Below, one piece after another: positions 39,501 through 52,521 of a DNA stretch of 64,000 bases. The position numbers and the translations under genes were made by a program. The stretch lies in NCBI GenBank assembly GCA_965637545.1, contig OZ281497.1, positions 17,670,001-17,734,000 of the forward strand, in the 5' to 3' direction. The stretch's first letter is position 1, and the number at the start of each line of letters is the position of its first letter. Source of the DNA: Phallusia mammillata. Lineage: Eukaryota. Below the pieces are notes generated by a model. The model saw nothing but the letters and a program-made list of their open reading frames with translations. It was not told the origin of the DNA and made no database searches.

Positions 39501-41435
39501 AGCTGCTCCTGCGAAGCCATGTAGCGGTAGCTCCGCAGCACATATAGTTTCACATGACCCCGTTAGGGCAATTGGCAACTGTGAAGGGGCAGCACACAAG
39601 TTTTCGCACGCGAAGTGACTTTAATCGCGCTGTTATCAGTTACCGTAGCGGCCCCAACATCCTGACTTCGCCCGACCCCTTGACGTAGCTTGAGAAAGAG
39701 CCACGAAGGTGGGATGTGAGGCTTTATTAACAGGAAAGTAATTCTATATCTCGCAAAATCCTACATATTAAACGAACCATTCGAGCCCTTGTGTTCGGTC
39801 CGTTTATAACTAGAGTAGAATCAAGATGAACAAACTGGAAAAACAGAAACCAAAGACGGAAAAACTGTTGTAGTAGAACACAAGATAACATGGTACAGCC
39901 CTTGCAAAAACATATTGTAACTTACAAACAGTGATTAGGATCCCAGCACTTTCCCTAACCGTGTATAAAATAAATAGTTCTGTACATACCTTGATACTCT
40001 CGCTTTCCCTTTCTCGGTCGGTGTCTGGTTTGTTGGCGGCGCGTTCCGCCATTTTGAAACTCAGAAAACAACAACAGCAAGCCTGAACTACGTTGCAACA
40101 CCAGACTGTGGGTCGCCCAGAAAAGAAAGGATAATTTTACAATGTACACTACAGGCAACTGTCCAAACGTTGTTTAATCGTTAGTATATCTTCATATTTG
40201 CTCGACGACAAAAACTAATAGCGACCTTATATCATGGTGTCATGCTAAATTAAATTGATGATTTAACTTTATTCCGGCGGTTTGAGGCAGTTATGTGGGG
40301 TTAAATAAACGTTAAAGCACAATAAAGTCGGTTCAAGCAGAACAAAAGTTTGCAAGCACAATAAAATTAGTAGCAGTATAACTTACCACATAAATTTTAA
40401 CGAAACATGACGTTATTCTTTATTCTTTTTACCTTTATTCTTTTTTATATCCGGTTAAACGTAGATAAATTGCATAACATTATCAAAAATTGTTCATCAA
40501 ACTCAACCTACTACTCATTTCACCGTCAACACTGCACAATGTCAACCAAACTCCCCTGAAATAAGATTGGTAAACCAGTTTACCACCACGTGATAAAACT
40601 ACAATGCAATTACATCACAATCGTTTATTTGGTAACAATGAAAAACGGCTTTATTACATTTCTATGTGAAATCATTCTGGCTTAATTACGCTAACTTTAG
40701 TAAAATGGTAAATTTAGGATAAAAGTGTAATATATTTTGTTTAACAGGCGCAAGAGAAAACGTCGGGATCAGAGTGGAATGATGGGTAGTAAGGATAGCG
40801 TAGCTGAACGTCCACCAGATTTTAATCTTCCACAAATTCCACCTCCGATGTCACTTTTGAACGCAGTACACAGCACACACGACAACAGAATTGGTTCAGC
40901 ATCAAGTCCAAGTTCTTCCACACATCAGCAAAGCAACCATCAGCAGCAGCAAAACGGTTCGGCAGCGTTGGGAATGGACATGAAACACCAGCATCAAAGA
41001 AATGGTGGCGGCAACAGCTTGTATGGCAGTCATGATAGCATGGGAAGAAGCATGCACGTAAAACCAGAAATTCAGCATCAACATTCGACAGAGCAAATCG
41101 AAGATGCCAACCACGCTCGAAGCCCGATGACACCCGGGGTACAGCGAAGTCCGTTGGCGATGGGTTACATGGGAGGTTCTGGAAGCATCATGGATGCATG
41201 TTCGCGTTATGGCATTGGTGCAAGCGTCGATCTTGCATCGCCGGCTGCAACACCCACTAGCCCAGATGGTTCAAATCCAGCTGCTTACGAAAGCAGCAGT
41301 GCGACTGCAATGGCAATGGCGCAGAGCCAGCAGCATGGAAATCCGTATGCCGGTAGCAACCGCGCAATTGTATCTCCGCCAGGCAGCCATCCCTTCTTCA
41401 GCGTTAGCAATCTTATGAAACGCAAGCATTCTTGA
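36565..41435 (+). CDS. FoxI: Forkhead box I transcription factor (exons 36565-37571, 40748-41435; about 564 aa)
   Basis: [52 protein letters not shown]...[20 protein letters not shown], the closest of the three to the canonical FoxI domain. Phase-2 intron AG|GTATAT...AACAG|G. C-terminal eh1-like FSVSNLM. Confidence 0.95.
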
Positions 41436-41472
41436 TTTATAAAATCGTTTCAATGTTTGAGGAATGTGAAAC

Positions 41473-41478
41473 AATAAA
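41473..41478 (+). terminator. Candidate polyadenylation signal of the third FoxI gene
   Basis: AATAAA 38 nt after the stop codon. Confidence 0.45.
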
Positions 41479-42898
41479 TAACCCTGAAATTATAGGGTTA
41501 AAAATATCACCATTTAAATACCTATTACCACAAAATTACTGATTAAAAGTGTTCATAACCTCTCTATGGTTGATACGTACCGCCAAGCAAATCAAAGCGA
41601 TATTTTTCTGATGTTCCAAGTTCATGTTGTAATATGAGTGTGTTTTCTTTAAAAACTTGAAACGTGGTTAGGTCTATAATTTTTTTAAAGTTCCAGAAGA
41701 TGCTTTTTGGCCAAAGACTCCTTTTTGAAGTGAATCCAGAATGCTATGTTAGGTTTTATCTCGCGTGTGATTTTTCTCGAGTGTGAAAAAAATAATTTAT
41801 ATCCTTTGCGCGTGTTAGATCTTTTTTCAACGTGTGTTTTTTTGTCGGTGTGATTCTTGTGCCCTCCTCGTACACCTACTAGTTTGACCCTCTGCACAAC
41901 TTTGTTTGCTGTGAAACTGTCCTGTGGCTTTTGACTACAGCTGGTCTTAATACAAGTAGCGATGTTTGATCGCATGCATTGTCTTTACTGGTATAAGGTG
42001 TCTTGTTCACAAGTGATCACACCACACCCGGACAATCACAGTCAATTGTGTATTGCACTGCAAACTGCACGGCGCGAAACCAAAACATACCCGCACATGG
42101 CACACGAACTGATGCAGCGATGAAGGTTTTATTGGACGGGGTCCCAGGACAGATTAACGCTGCCGCGCAGTCAAGGTTATCACGGTGAAAGTAGGTGTGT
42201 TCGGACAAGGGCAGTGATGAGCAATGCGCACGGATAAACCGCGAATCGTAAACATCCAAGCAACTACGGCATACAGTTTTAACCGCGGATAACATTAACA
42301 GCGATACGGCTGCCTCAGCGCGGTGAACTGCACGCTGGCTGCTTGTTTCAGTGCGCAGCTATGGGCCGACCGTAATCGGATCAGCGCAGTGCAACTCTCG
42401 GGCGATGATTAATCAGTGGCATATTAGCCATATATGTATTGGGAGTCGTGCTCTAGTGGTATGCGGCATGACGGAGGCGGGCGCGCGACGCAGGACTTTG
42501 AACGGGATAAACAGAAAACAAAATCGCAAAGGTGCGGCATCGCGCGGATTCAACGGGCATTGCTAATTATACGCAAATGAGATAAGCGGAATTTCCCACG
42601 ACCGGAAACGTTACTGGGTGAGATATTTATACCGTCCGGAAGACGAACTGACCTCCGGCAAATATTTTTTAAGGGCGTCAAATGGTACGAAATACAAATG
42701 CAAGAAACGAAAGAAATATGAAGAGAAAGAGTCACGGCAAAACAAAACGAGTATCACAATGCATACTTCAAGGCAAGTGATGTGTCGCAACTCGCAAAAC
42801 AAGTTGGAGAAAAAAAACGTAGTGAACTTCCGTGTTTTGTGAAGGCCTGGCCTAGACACAGTTGATACACACCTATAGTGTGGGAAGATGCCCCAAAA

Positions 42899-45800
42899 TC
42901 AAGGGACAGCTTGAGTCATATGCAAGGGAGTGATCATCTCCTCAAATTTGGTTCCTTTAACGTTGCAACCACGTAAATTGGCTTCAAATAGGTCGCACCC
43001 GGACAAGTCGCAATTCTATGTACAGGAAAAAACGGTTTAGAAAAGCGGAGAATCAATTTAAAGTAGCCATAGCGCTCTGAAATAGATAAATTAATCACAA
43101 CTAAACGAAGACAAATCAATCTTTTCCAGGCCAGCAAGCACGCTAATACCCTCATCGACAGCACCACCTACGGGGGCGGCACACTAGGTAGAAGAAGAGA
43201 TGTATCAGTGAGGTAACGGTAATAGCTATTGGGTCAGCTTGCCCGCCCGGCGCTGAACCCCTTGATGGGATCTCCTGCACCCGGGAAAGGCAGTGTTTCC
43301 ACATGGGTGCCGTTGCACTTACGAGGCTATGCTGGGCAACACACACATCTAAGGGTTTGCCGTCGGTGCATCTGCCTCTGGGTTGTGGTTCTTGTGAACC
43401 TTGCTCGCTACGTTCAATTCCGTCAGGCCGTCGATGGTGGAGGTTCAGAGTTGCGTGCGGGGCCCAAGAATTTTCCCTCTACTTTTTAAGGCCCCGTGAC
43501 CTCGCGGTGCAACACATCAATTCGTTATCGAGTTTCTTCGCGATTCAAAGCTTTTCGTTAGAGCGGTTCGGCAAGTGTCTCAACCCGCTTTTATGGGTAT
43601 TGATTTACACAAGTCGGTTAGGAATGCATCAATTTTTCAGTCAGAAAATGTTAGCCATAAACCTTTTTTAGTGAGATAATTTTAACACAAAAGAAAACTG
43701 TATGAAACTGGCCAAATAGTCAATAAATCGTCTTTGGCTTCTACATCACACCAAAAATAAAACACACTATACTTGTTTCAAAGAAAAAAGTTTAATTGTT
43801 TAGTTAACAGGTCACCTCCAGGTCCGTGCCGGCCAAAATCGCACCACGCAGGTTGCAGTTTTTCAGGTTTGAGTTCTTCACAGTGGCGACTCGCAGATTG
43901 GCGCCTGCCATCAGACTGCCTTCGAAATTCACCCCTTTCATGTTGGCACCTACGGCGAGAAAAAACACAAAACCGCGTAATGAGCGACGCAAACAAATTA
44001 GAAGGCCGACCGAATTTCCGAACATGCATCAGCAACAGAGTGCAATCGCTGATGCGAGCTAGGGTATTACAAGGTGCAAACAGATATGACAATGCTAAAA
44101 ACTGAAAATGAAGTCCTTTCACGAACAATTAGTAGCCTATGCTTAAACTGTTTTGACAATGCACCTATCCTGGCAGAGTTGCCATACTGTCCTTGTTATA
44201 AGAACAGATGTTTGTCCTTATTTTTATGAAATGGTCTTATTTTGACCCTGCACCCTCATAACTTGCTAAATTAATTTGTAAAAAATACAAATATTTTTTG
44301 CTCCTTAACTCCTTTTTTTCTATTTTGGAAGGGAAATCGAAGTCTTTACCGGGCGTCCTTATTTTTTTGCTTCAAAATAATGGCAACCCTGCCTATATGC
44401 TATTTTAGTGTAGGCATATATTGAGGAAAATATTACTGGTATAAAGAAAAACTACTTGCCTTCCATATTTGCCTTTAGACCTGAAGGATCATCAAAGTTG
44501 CATCCCTTCATCGAACAACCCTCAGCATTGCAGCATATCATACGAACACCTTGCAAGTTGGCTCCCTGAAACGTAAACAGCAAAATTGTGTATCATCAAA
44601 CAAACTTTGTTACATGCATTCCATACAAATCTAAACCACGCACAATAAGTAAATGTTATGTAACGAAAAGCGTTAGTTTATACCAGGGCATTGGAAATGT
44701 ACTTAAATAATGGTTTATGGTACGGGCGTGTGGTTTTCGAAGAAAAGTCCGGTTTTATGTAGTTTAGTTTTTTTGTTTTGTTTAAAATGTTGAGAATGTT
44801 TACATTTCGTAAAATACAACATTCTCAAAATTAAATATGTAACTTTACTATGGTTGATCTTGGGTTATCGAGTACAAGGTAACCGAATGCCCGGTTTAAA
44901 CCTTGTTTAAAAAGTTATGCAACACAAGAGTGGGTCCCATGTAATCGTTTAGCCACAAATCTGTTTTTCAATTTCTATGCGACGTTAAACTTTCGACGGG
45001 GGCAAAAATCATGCAGCACTGATTAGCTTAAATTCATTGAGCGCCGTGACGACGAACAGAGATTGTTCAGGCAGATAACAACGCAACACCGTACATCGAG
45101 TATTGATCCGGTGAGGTCGGCCCGTTCCAATGAACAGCAGTACAGGTTGGCTTGAGCAAGGTTGCAGTGACTTAGGTTTGCAAGCTTGAAGTTGATGTAT
45201 CGCAGATCAAGCCGCGATAGATCAGCACCCGAAAAATTGATTCCCTGTGCAGAACAACATTGTAAGCGGTTAAGTTCATGGGCAAAGGTTTCGATGACCC
45301 TAAAGTGAGTTCGTTTCAAACAATTAATAAAAAAAATACGTTTGGCCTTTTGATCTCATACTACCGAAACGGCCTGCTACAAGAAATAAAATATTGTAAC
45401 ATTTTTACTTTTTATTCGGTAGCACCCAAAAATCAAACGCAATATTTCTAGAATTTTGGTAATCTCCGAAAAAATAAGTTTTCTTTTTCTTTCTTAACGG
45501 TTGTAACATATAGATTTAATGATGAAAAATTCTTCGTCGCAGTTGCATAATCTGTCCCAAGATCTGATTACAATCCACTGACGCAGAAATAAGTATGTAG
45601 CGCCCACCAGCGGATTTAGGTTTTACCAATTTAACGCCAAATGTTTTCAACCAAAAGGCGCCCACTTGGTTGTAGTCAAGTTTATTTTTGGTGAAAGAAC
45701 ACATGGCGACACAACTATACGGAACAACCACCAAGCCGGAAATAGCTGCGCAAGGTTAAAACGTTATATAGTGGATGAAATAATTGGTGTTTCATGACTA

Positions 45801-48494
45801 AACGCGGCAGCTCCACCTTATTATGAAGTGGCGAGAGCTCACAGATTAATTGAATTTGGTGCAGTGCAAGTAAAACATGACTGGGGAGAAAACGGTTTTC
45901 GGACAGTCATGTGCAGACCCTAGGAAACATCACACATATAAAACTTCAAAAAACAAACCTGAAATCGTAGTTCACATTTTGCAGGAGTAACTAGGAGTGC
46001 TTTAACCACCATACATCGAGTTAAAGGTTCCTCATAATTTTCTTTTTTTCTTTCCTGTAATAAGGAATAATGTTGTAATCTGTAACTTCATAATGGAAAC
46101 TCACTAGGGGTATCAAACTTTTTCAAGGCCCAAGATAAAACTCAAAGTAACTTGTTTTTACAGTAACATGACAACAAAAGTAATGCACCATAAATTTCTA
46201 AATTGTGCATTTCATTCTTACCATTAACTACATTAAGAACTATAAAGAAATTAATACAATATAGCAAACGTGAATAAACCAGTTGTACTATATATAACTT
46301 TAAAAACTAATCATGTAACAATCTCAAGAGATAATTCTCACCATTACAATCCATAAAAAAGTTCCATTAATTTCTTCCTATTACTAAGAAGCGATGTTTC
46401 ATGCTAACTCGCTGGTCAACACATGTTTCGGCCTCGAGTAAAACACATAGTTTGTAATTTACAAATCCTTCATGGGTCACACAAAATCACCACATTATTG
46501 ATGCACCCCTCCACCAACCACAACTTGCAAAACTATGATTTGACTAACACATGCAATTCACTACAAGGGACTTATATCCAATGGCACTTTCAAACTTTTT
46601 AGTTTTGTCAAAAACTATTTTTGGGGCTAGCTAGGGTCACTTGGGCTATCAAGTCAAGCTAAACATTCAATTTACTAGGTTTTCCAGCTATGAAAGTTTA
46701 AATGCCAAATGTAACTATTCTACATCATGCCATTGCAAGATATTTTTGCCCAAAATGCACTTATGTTTCATTAAAGTTAATAGTAAAAAGAAAGACAACG
46801 CCTTAACACTGAAGGACCAATGTCAAAATTAGGAAAAAACTTACTAACCCGTATAATATTCTGGACTTGTTTGGCCACAGTCATCATGCCAAAAAAGTTC
46901 GCTTCCTCCAAAACTCCTGTGTACAAGTAACAAACTGATGGGGTTTACAATACCAATACCCTCAATTCACTGTTTTAACTATTTTTTTGAATGTTTGGTT
47001 AAGGTAAAAGTAGGAACAACTGTCTTAAATACATTAACTAGCTCAATGTTGACAATTGTGAAACCTTAAGTGGCCAATTAAACAACCTTTCCATACCTCT
47101 GGGGTCAATTGAAGGTTCAATAATCATTTTGCCATGTCTTAGATAGCCGAGAATGGGTTCAAAGTATTTTGGACATCGATCAAGCAACACGTTCCCATTT
47201 CCATCCACAGTATTTCTCCATTGCTCTGCATGTTTAAAAGGTTGTCTTAACTTCAAAATAATGGTATTGTATGTGTTACTTTATACAAGGACATGTTTAA
47301 TCACATGGTATAACACAGTTTGTCTGTCACTAGCAGATATTTTTGTTACTTGTTTCTTTTTACAATTGTTAAACAGGTTAAACTTGAACAAAACTAAATT
47401 TATAAAATCAAACTGCTGTATTGCAGTAAACCAGGTTTTCTAGGCTTACTATGTCAAGTTAATTTTTAAAAGATGCAACATTTTGTTTAATATATACAGA
47501 ACATATCTTTATTGTAAAAACACAGAGCTACAATAGCTACAAACCAAACAAATACATACTTGAATCTTGAAACATCTTGGCAAGCATGCTGTTTGTTTCC
47601 CTGCCAATCAAAGTACTCCTGAAAAAAGTGTAAACAGTACATTACCTTTGACAGCTTTTAAGATAAGGGAAATCATTAATGAATATATTTTTTGAACAAA
47701 CCTGGTTGTTGAAAATATTGTTCCACCAACATTTAGATTTATCCAATCATTTGGACAATTTGCACTCCACTGGGAATTTTTCTTTTCTTCCATTTTCTCC
47801 AACAAACACAAGTAAAGCACTTCATCATTTCTTGGTAAAATATCCATGTAAAGCTTAGAGTTTGACACCAACAAATCAAACAAACAAATATATACTTACT
47901 GGATCAAATTAACATCACACATTTCAGCACCACTTTTTGTTTGTAACTTGATGTGTGTGTCTTCATCAAGTGAAAAGGCAACTCTTAGAGCTTGTACCAG
48001 TTCTTCTGTAGTTTCAGGCAGACAAAGGACCTGTCAAACAAATATCATTATTTTACATTTTGATGACCTCTACACCTGGAAATCAATGCATAACTAGCAT
48101 ATTTATAAGGAAATCTGTAAAATCTAAACCCACTCAATTTGGTAATGTTAACACTGCCTGTTAATCTAATCTATACATGTAAGTATAACATGTGTAATGA
48201 TACTATTTAAAAAAATGGATTTGTTGTGCTTGAGTCAAATGAATCCAGCAGATAAAACACCAAATTAAGCAGCAATCAAAAAAGCAGTAAAATAGACACT
48301 ACAGTCAATTTGACACATTAAATCTAACAAACTTTGTATCATAAACAGTAGAGTACTTATCAAACTTATCTGGGCTTGGTTGAAAGAAACAAAAATGGAG
48401 ATCAAATCACAGTGAAACAATAACTTACTTTTCCGACACTAGAAGAAGCACCTTCTTGCAAAAATACTTGCACTCGCCTTGGGTTAGCTGCCAT
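42899..48494 (-). CDS. KCTD9: BTB/POZ and pentapeptide-repeat protein KCTD9 (11 exons: 48494-48429, 48030-47900, 47830-47702, 47618-47560, 47225-47097, 46916-46849, 46054-45959, 45244-45095, 44565-44460, 43949-43816, 43015-42899; 394 aa)
   Basis: MAANPRRVQVFL N-terminus; BTB motifs WINLNVGGTIFSTTRSTL and LLDRCPKYFEPILGYLRHG; pentapeptide repeats GINFSGADLSRLDLRYINFKLANL; C-terminus TKFEEMITPLHMTQAVP*. All match vertebrate KCTD9. Exon phases sum to 1185 nt. Confidence 0.95.
44174..44391. mobile_element. Degenerate hAT-like MITE in a KCTD9 intron
   Basis: Ends CAGAGTTGCCA ... TGGCAACCCTG form an 11-bp terminal inverted repeat with 1 mismatch; no clean target-site duplication found. Confidence 0.45.
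46105..46510. mobile_element. Possible degenerate hAT-like MITE in a KCTD9 intron
   Basis: TAGGGGTATCAAACTTTT ... TTGATGCACCCCT imperfect inverted ends of the Charlie-like type; no TSD seen. Confidence 0.3.
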
Positions 48495-49796
48495 CTTTGC
48501 AAGGAATGAGGGCGTTTGGTTTGTTTGAAAACACACAAACAGAACCAATTCAGATCACAGCTTCCTTGTCAAGCCCTGATTAAGTTTTGTTCGCTGACCA
48601 ACAAGCGGTACTTTCCCTTGAGGTAACCAGACCATCTGCCCATAGAAGTCTTAGTGAAGTATGTTTTTGTCATACTGAAGTATATCACTGATGGTGCTGT
48701 TTTTAGGCAAAAGGCTCCAAAAATGTGCCTTTGTTTGCTACCTCTTTTCTTACAGTTTTCCATGAAAAGTTACTAGGTTTTCGGAGCTGTGTTCTGTTTT
48801 TTTCGTGTCACATTACCATAATGTGTATGTTTGTTGCGCCAAGGTGCATGTGAACAAGATACACTGCAATCAAACAAAATGATTTAAGAACAGTAACGTT
48901 CTCCCAACGAATGACCTCGGGTCCAGTACCTTCTGACACCCACATTATCGTAACAAAGCTACTACAGAGTTTGGTATTTAAACAATAGCTCCAATGGACA
49001 TAACTTTTGTTTAGGTTAAGACATGAAATCACTTGGCTTGCAACATAATATTAAGTTTTTATGTGACATGACATAACAACATTTATTTAAGGTAATGAAC
49101 AAAACTCGGTATCTCATACCACAGAATTGCCGAAAGTGCAACTTTCCAGCAACTTTTCATATGGGTGGCTTTGCAAACAAGATGGAGAACCAAAGAGTTA
49201 CAAACAAGTTCCACTGGGTTGCAGCAACGCAAATATACTTATTTACTAGTACTATCAAAACATGCACTTGTAGCATTTTTTATGAATGTCAGAAGCGCAG
49301 TAGCAAGCAAAAAACAACAACAAACAAATACACCATCTTTTCACAAAAAAGCATGGCAACTCTGATGTGCAGCAAAAACAGTAAAATATCCAACAAAAAT
49401 GGCTGCAAAATAAATCGAAGTCAAACAAATTTTGTCAATCACAAGTAGCTCTTTCATTGGGGATGTTAAATTTTGAACTAATACATTTTCAGTGCAAAAA
49501 AAAACAATAAAAAAACAACAAAAGCAACCACAAAACCGCTGCACAACAACACACATAAATTTGGTAAAAGTACCAAGAACAGTTCTTTACAGATAAAAAT
49601 GCAATAAATGTTTTTTTCAAAATCACAATGGTTTAAAAAGTGTATAGAATGGGGGAGGTACAAATAAATCTTTTGTTTTCATTTGCCATGCACGAAACAA
49701 AAGTTATATTTTTTTACTTTTTTTGGAAAAACTATGTTTCGACAATCAGCAAAAAATGGCCAAAGTAGTGTTCATGGTTTTCCAAACAGAGGATAC

Positions 49797-52204
49797 CTAC
49801 ACATTACACCACTTTTCAAAACGGCACCACAACAATTTAACCTAATTAAATGAAACAATAACACATTAAACATTGAGAACAGAAACAACAATAAGAAGAT
49901 CACCAATAAAAATTCTAAGAGTCGTATGTCTGCTAGGTTCCAAGGCCCATTAGCAACGAAGAAAGCATTGTATGTGAGCATTCTTTATCCTGTTAAAAAC
50001 ATACAACAGTTTCTTGTTGGTTTATTCTACACACATAGGAGATCCCCTCAACAGAGGGTAAACTATTATATTACACAAGTTTATGACAAAACCCCTTCCA
50101 GTGGCAAACATTTTGTTTTCAAAGGCCTTGAGCATTTTAACAATGAATATTGCTATTGTGCAAGCATTTGCTAGTTTGAATAAAAATTCCGCTTAACATA
50201 ACATTTTCACAGTTTTCGACATAAGGAGGGAATTCAGCACAATTAAAAGCAACATATGTTTGATGTTAAAATAAAATAAAAACCTACAAAGGCATGTACT
50301 TTTCATTAATTTGTTCAGAATAGTGGTTCCCATACCCAAGAAAAAAATGATTGTCTACTTAAACATGAGATAATTGTATGTGGGTTCACAAACTGAACAA
50401 AAAGGGGCCCATTAAACAAGCACTTGAGAATTACTGCTTTGGAAGCAAATCAACAATATAAAATACACATTTACCTCTAACTGAACAGCACCATTGGAAC
50501 GTTTTTGATCTGATGAGCTAGAAAAAAAATGGACACTGATTTACACTAACTTGCAATAATTTAGGGTTTTAAAATGTTAGTGTAAAGATATTTTGGTTTG
50601 AATTACAATCTTTCAGGCTAAACAAAAGGTATAAAACTAGCCTGCTTACTTCAATTTGGCAAAATCTTGTTTTATTGACTGTTGCATTTGGCGAATGTGT
50701 TCTTTTTCTTGTTCCAAATCCTGAACCATAAGTGGTTGTCTAGCATTGGGAATGTAGAAGGAAAACAAATCTAAAGATTTAGACAAATTTCAAATATTTA
50801 TTTCATGCCATGAAATAGTTCAACTGTAACGTTACTTGCAATAGATTTGATTGGATTAATTTTAACCATATATAAGGTGTTCACTTTACAACCAAGGAGC
50901 CATTACATGATAATTACGCTGCAGACAGAAACAGTGCACACATTCTGTGAGACATGACATTTTAGCATGTACTTCGAGCAAACCAGGGTGCTGAAGGCTT
51001 CACTAGTCCATAAAGCCAAAGTCTTGACACCAGCCACGCTGATAGGAACTTATATGTTGAAACAGTGTGCATCGTCTGCAGCTTACATAACATTATCTAA
51101 ATCAAATCATTTGCCTTTACCTCCATTAGAAATCCTTAAGTCTGGCTTCATTGAGTAGATAGCACTAGCAACATCAAACAGTATGGATGGAGATAATGCA
51201 AATGGTGTTTTTCGAACAACTCCTATGCATTCTAAACAAAATGTGTTAGACTGAGCACTCATGACTATAACCATGTGGTACTGACTCACCAATTACTAGT
51301 GGCGCATGAATTTCAACAAACAAAACTTTAAACAAGTCTAGTAATTTTTCCTCCATAGTTGTATGCAGCTTTGGTTTGACTAATGCACTGTTCTAAAACA
51401 CACAAAATAAACCATGGTTAGAAATATCTTACAATGCCTACATGGCAAGAAATGACGAGTTCCTGGAAAGATAACTACCTTGAGCTTCTTGTTTAAAGTT
51501 TAAATGTGCTGCAGTCAGCATCCCACAAATCAGTCTTTATTAAGTCAACCTACCAAATCAACAAACAGTGGAGAAACACTTTGAATAAATCGACCAAAGT
51601 TTTTAAGGTTGTTGTAAAACTGTTGCACATGATGACATGCACTTTCAAGACCAGGGTTCCCTGATGATAGCTGATCAAAAATCAATTGAGATTTACTAGT
51701 CAAATGATGACTGACAGTTTGCACAAGATTGCTGGCCAACTTTTCTCCATAACCATGTTGAATGCACTGTCTAAAACAGCTAAATGGGGAGAAAGTTGTA
51801 TATGTTTTAACTAATGAGCCTAATAACATAGGTGCAAAGAAACAATTTTTTCCTACAATTTTGTCTCCTGTGATGGTATGACACACATTGTGTCAATTTC
51901 TAGATGTTCTAAGATTGTATTCCTGATTTTGGGATAGTAGTCTTTTGCATATAAATCTGTTTAAAAATAAAATGAGTGTGATGATTATAAAAATATGCAA
52001 AAAGATTGTCACTTTTCAAATATTGTTATGATTTAAAGATAAACATTGAAAATTTTGACTAAATTATAAACCACGTTCACTGTGCAGAATACCTGAAAAG
52101 TCACTGCAAAACTTTTCCACTGAATGCAAATGCTCTTTAAATGTTTGTTGATATCCATTTGTTAGTCGCACAACACTTTTCATAGCTTTTTGACCTATTC
52201 TCAT
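49797..52204 (-). CDS. CACUL1: CACUL1-like (CDK2-associated cullin domain) protein (exons about 52204-52093, 51956-51857, 51779-51554, 51392-51290, 51231-51121, 50770-50650, 50517-50475, 49841-49797; about 286 aa; first and last exons uncertain)
   Basis: Spliced blocks DLYAKDYYPKIRNTI, CFRQCIQHGYGEKLASNLVQTVSHHL, QSVSPLFVDL/NSALVKPKL...DLFK, RKTPFALSPS...AIYSMKPD, DLFSFYIPN and SSDQKRS align in order, from memory, to human CACUL1 (DYKSTYWPKL, CVYKCVCQQHSEQM, QSIVPLFIYMNKFYIETKL, STPFQVTPS...LYTLRPE, LFSKFIPN, DQSRKR). Phases are consistent. Confidence 0.8.
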
Positions 52205-52521
52205 TGCTGAGTACAAAAAGTTTTTGGAAACCAGCTTTGTATATATCAAAGGAGTAAGAACTGCCCAAAAAAAATAACATATGCCATTCCTAAGGCCATG
52301 TACTGCAGAATGCAGATGCTGTCAGTGCCACTGCCATTAGACTTGTGTTACTGCTTGTGAACAAATTTTGTCAAAAATAATCCAGGGAACCATGACGATT
52401 GGCAAAAAATAGACAAACATTTTTGGTGCACAAGTCACACATTTTTATCAATGCTACATCATGTGTTTTTCTTTAGCAACATTACTGACTGTAGCTGCAA
52501 CAAAAAATAACTACCACTGAC

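Noticed and set aside
42325-42362. Short hairpin (CTGCACGCTG...CAGTGCGCAG) as a possible pre-miRNA or SECIS
   Set aside because: Only about 9 pairs with a mismatch, too short for a pre-miRNA, with no SECIS core and no in-frame UGA in the neighbouring genes.
43804-45319. Pentapeptide repeats as a sign of bacterial horizontal transfer
   Set aside because: They are the normal C-terminal domain of metazoan KCTD9 and are split by spliceosomal introns.
50955-51045. Possible extra CACUL1 exon (AWLVSRLWLYGLVKPSAPWFAR)
   Set aside because: The flanking exons join directly in phase (SNG/DLFSFYIPN) and align to human CACUL1 without it.
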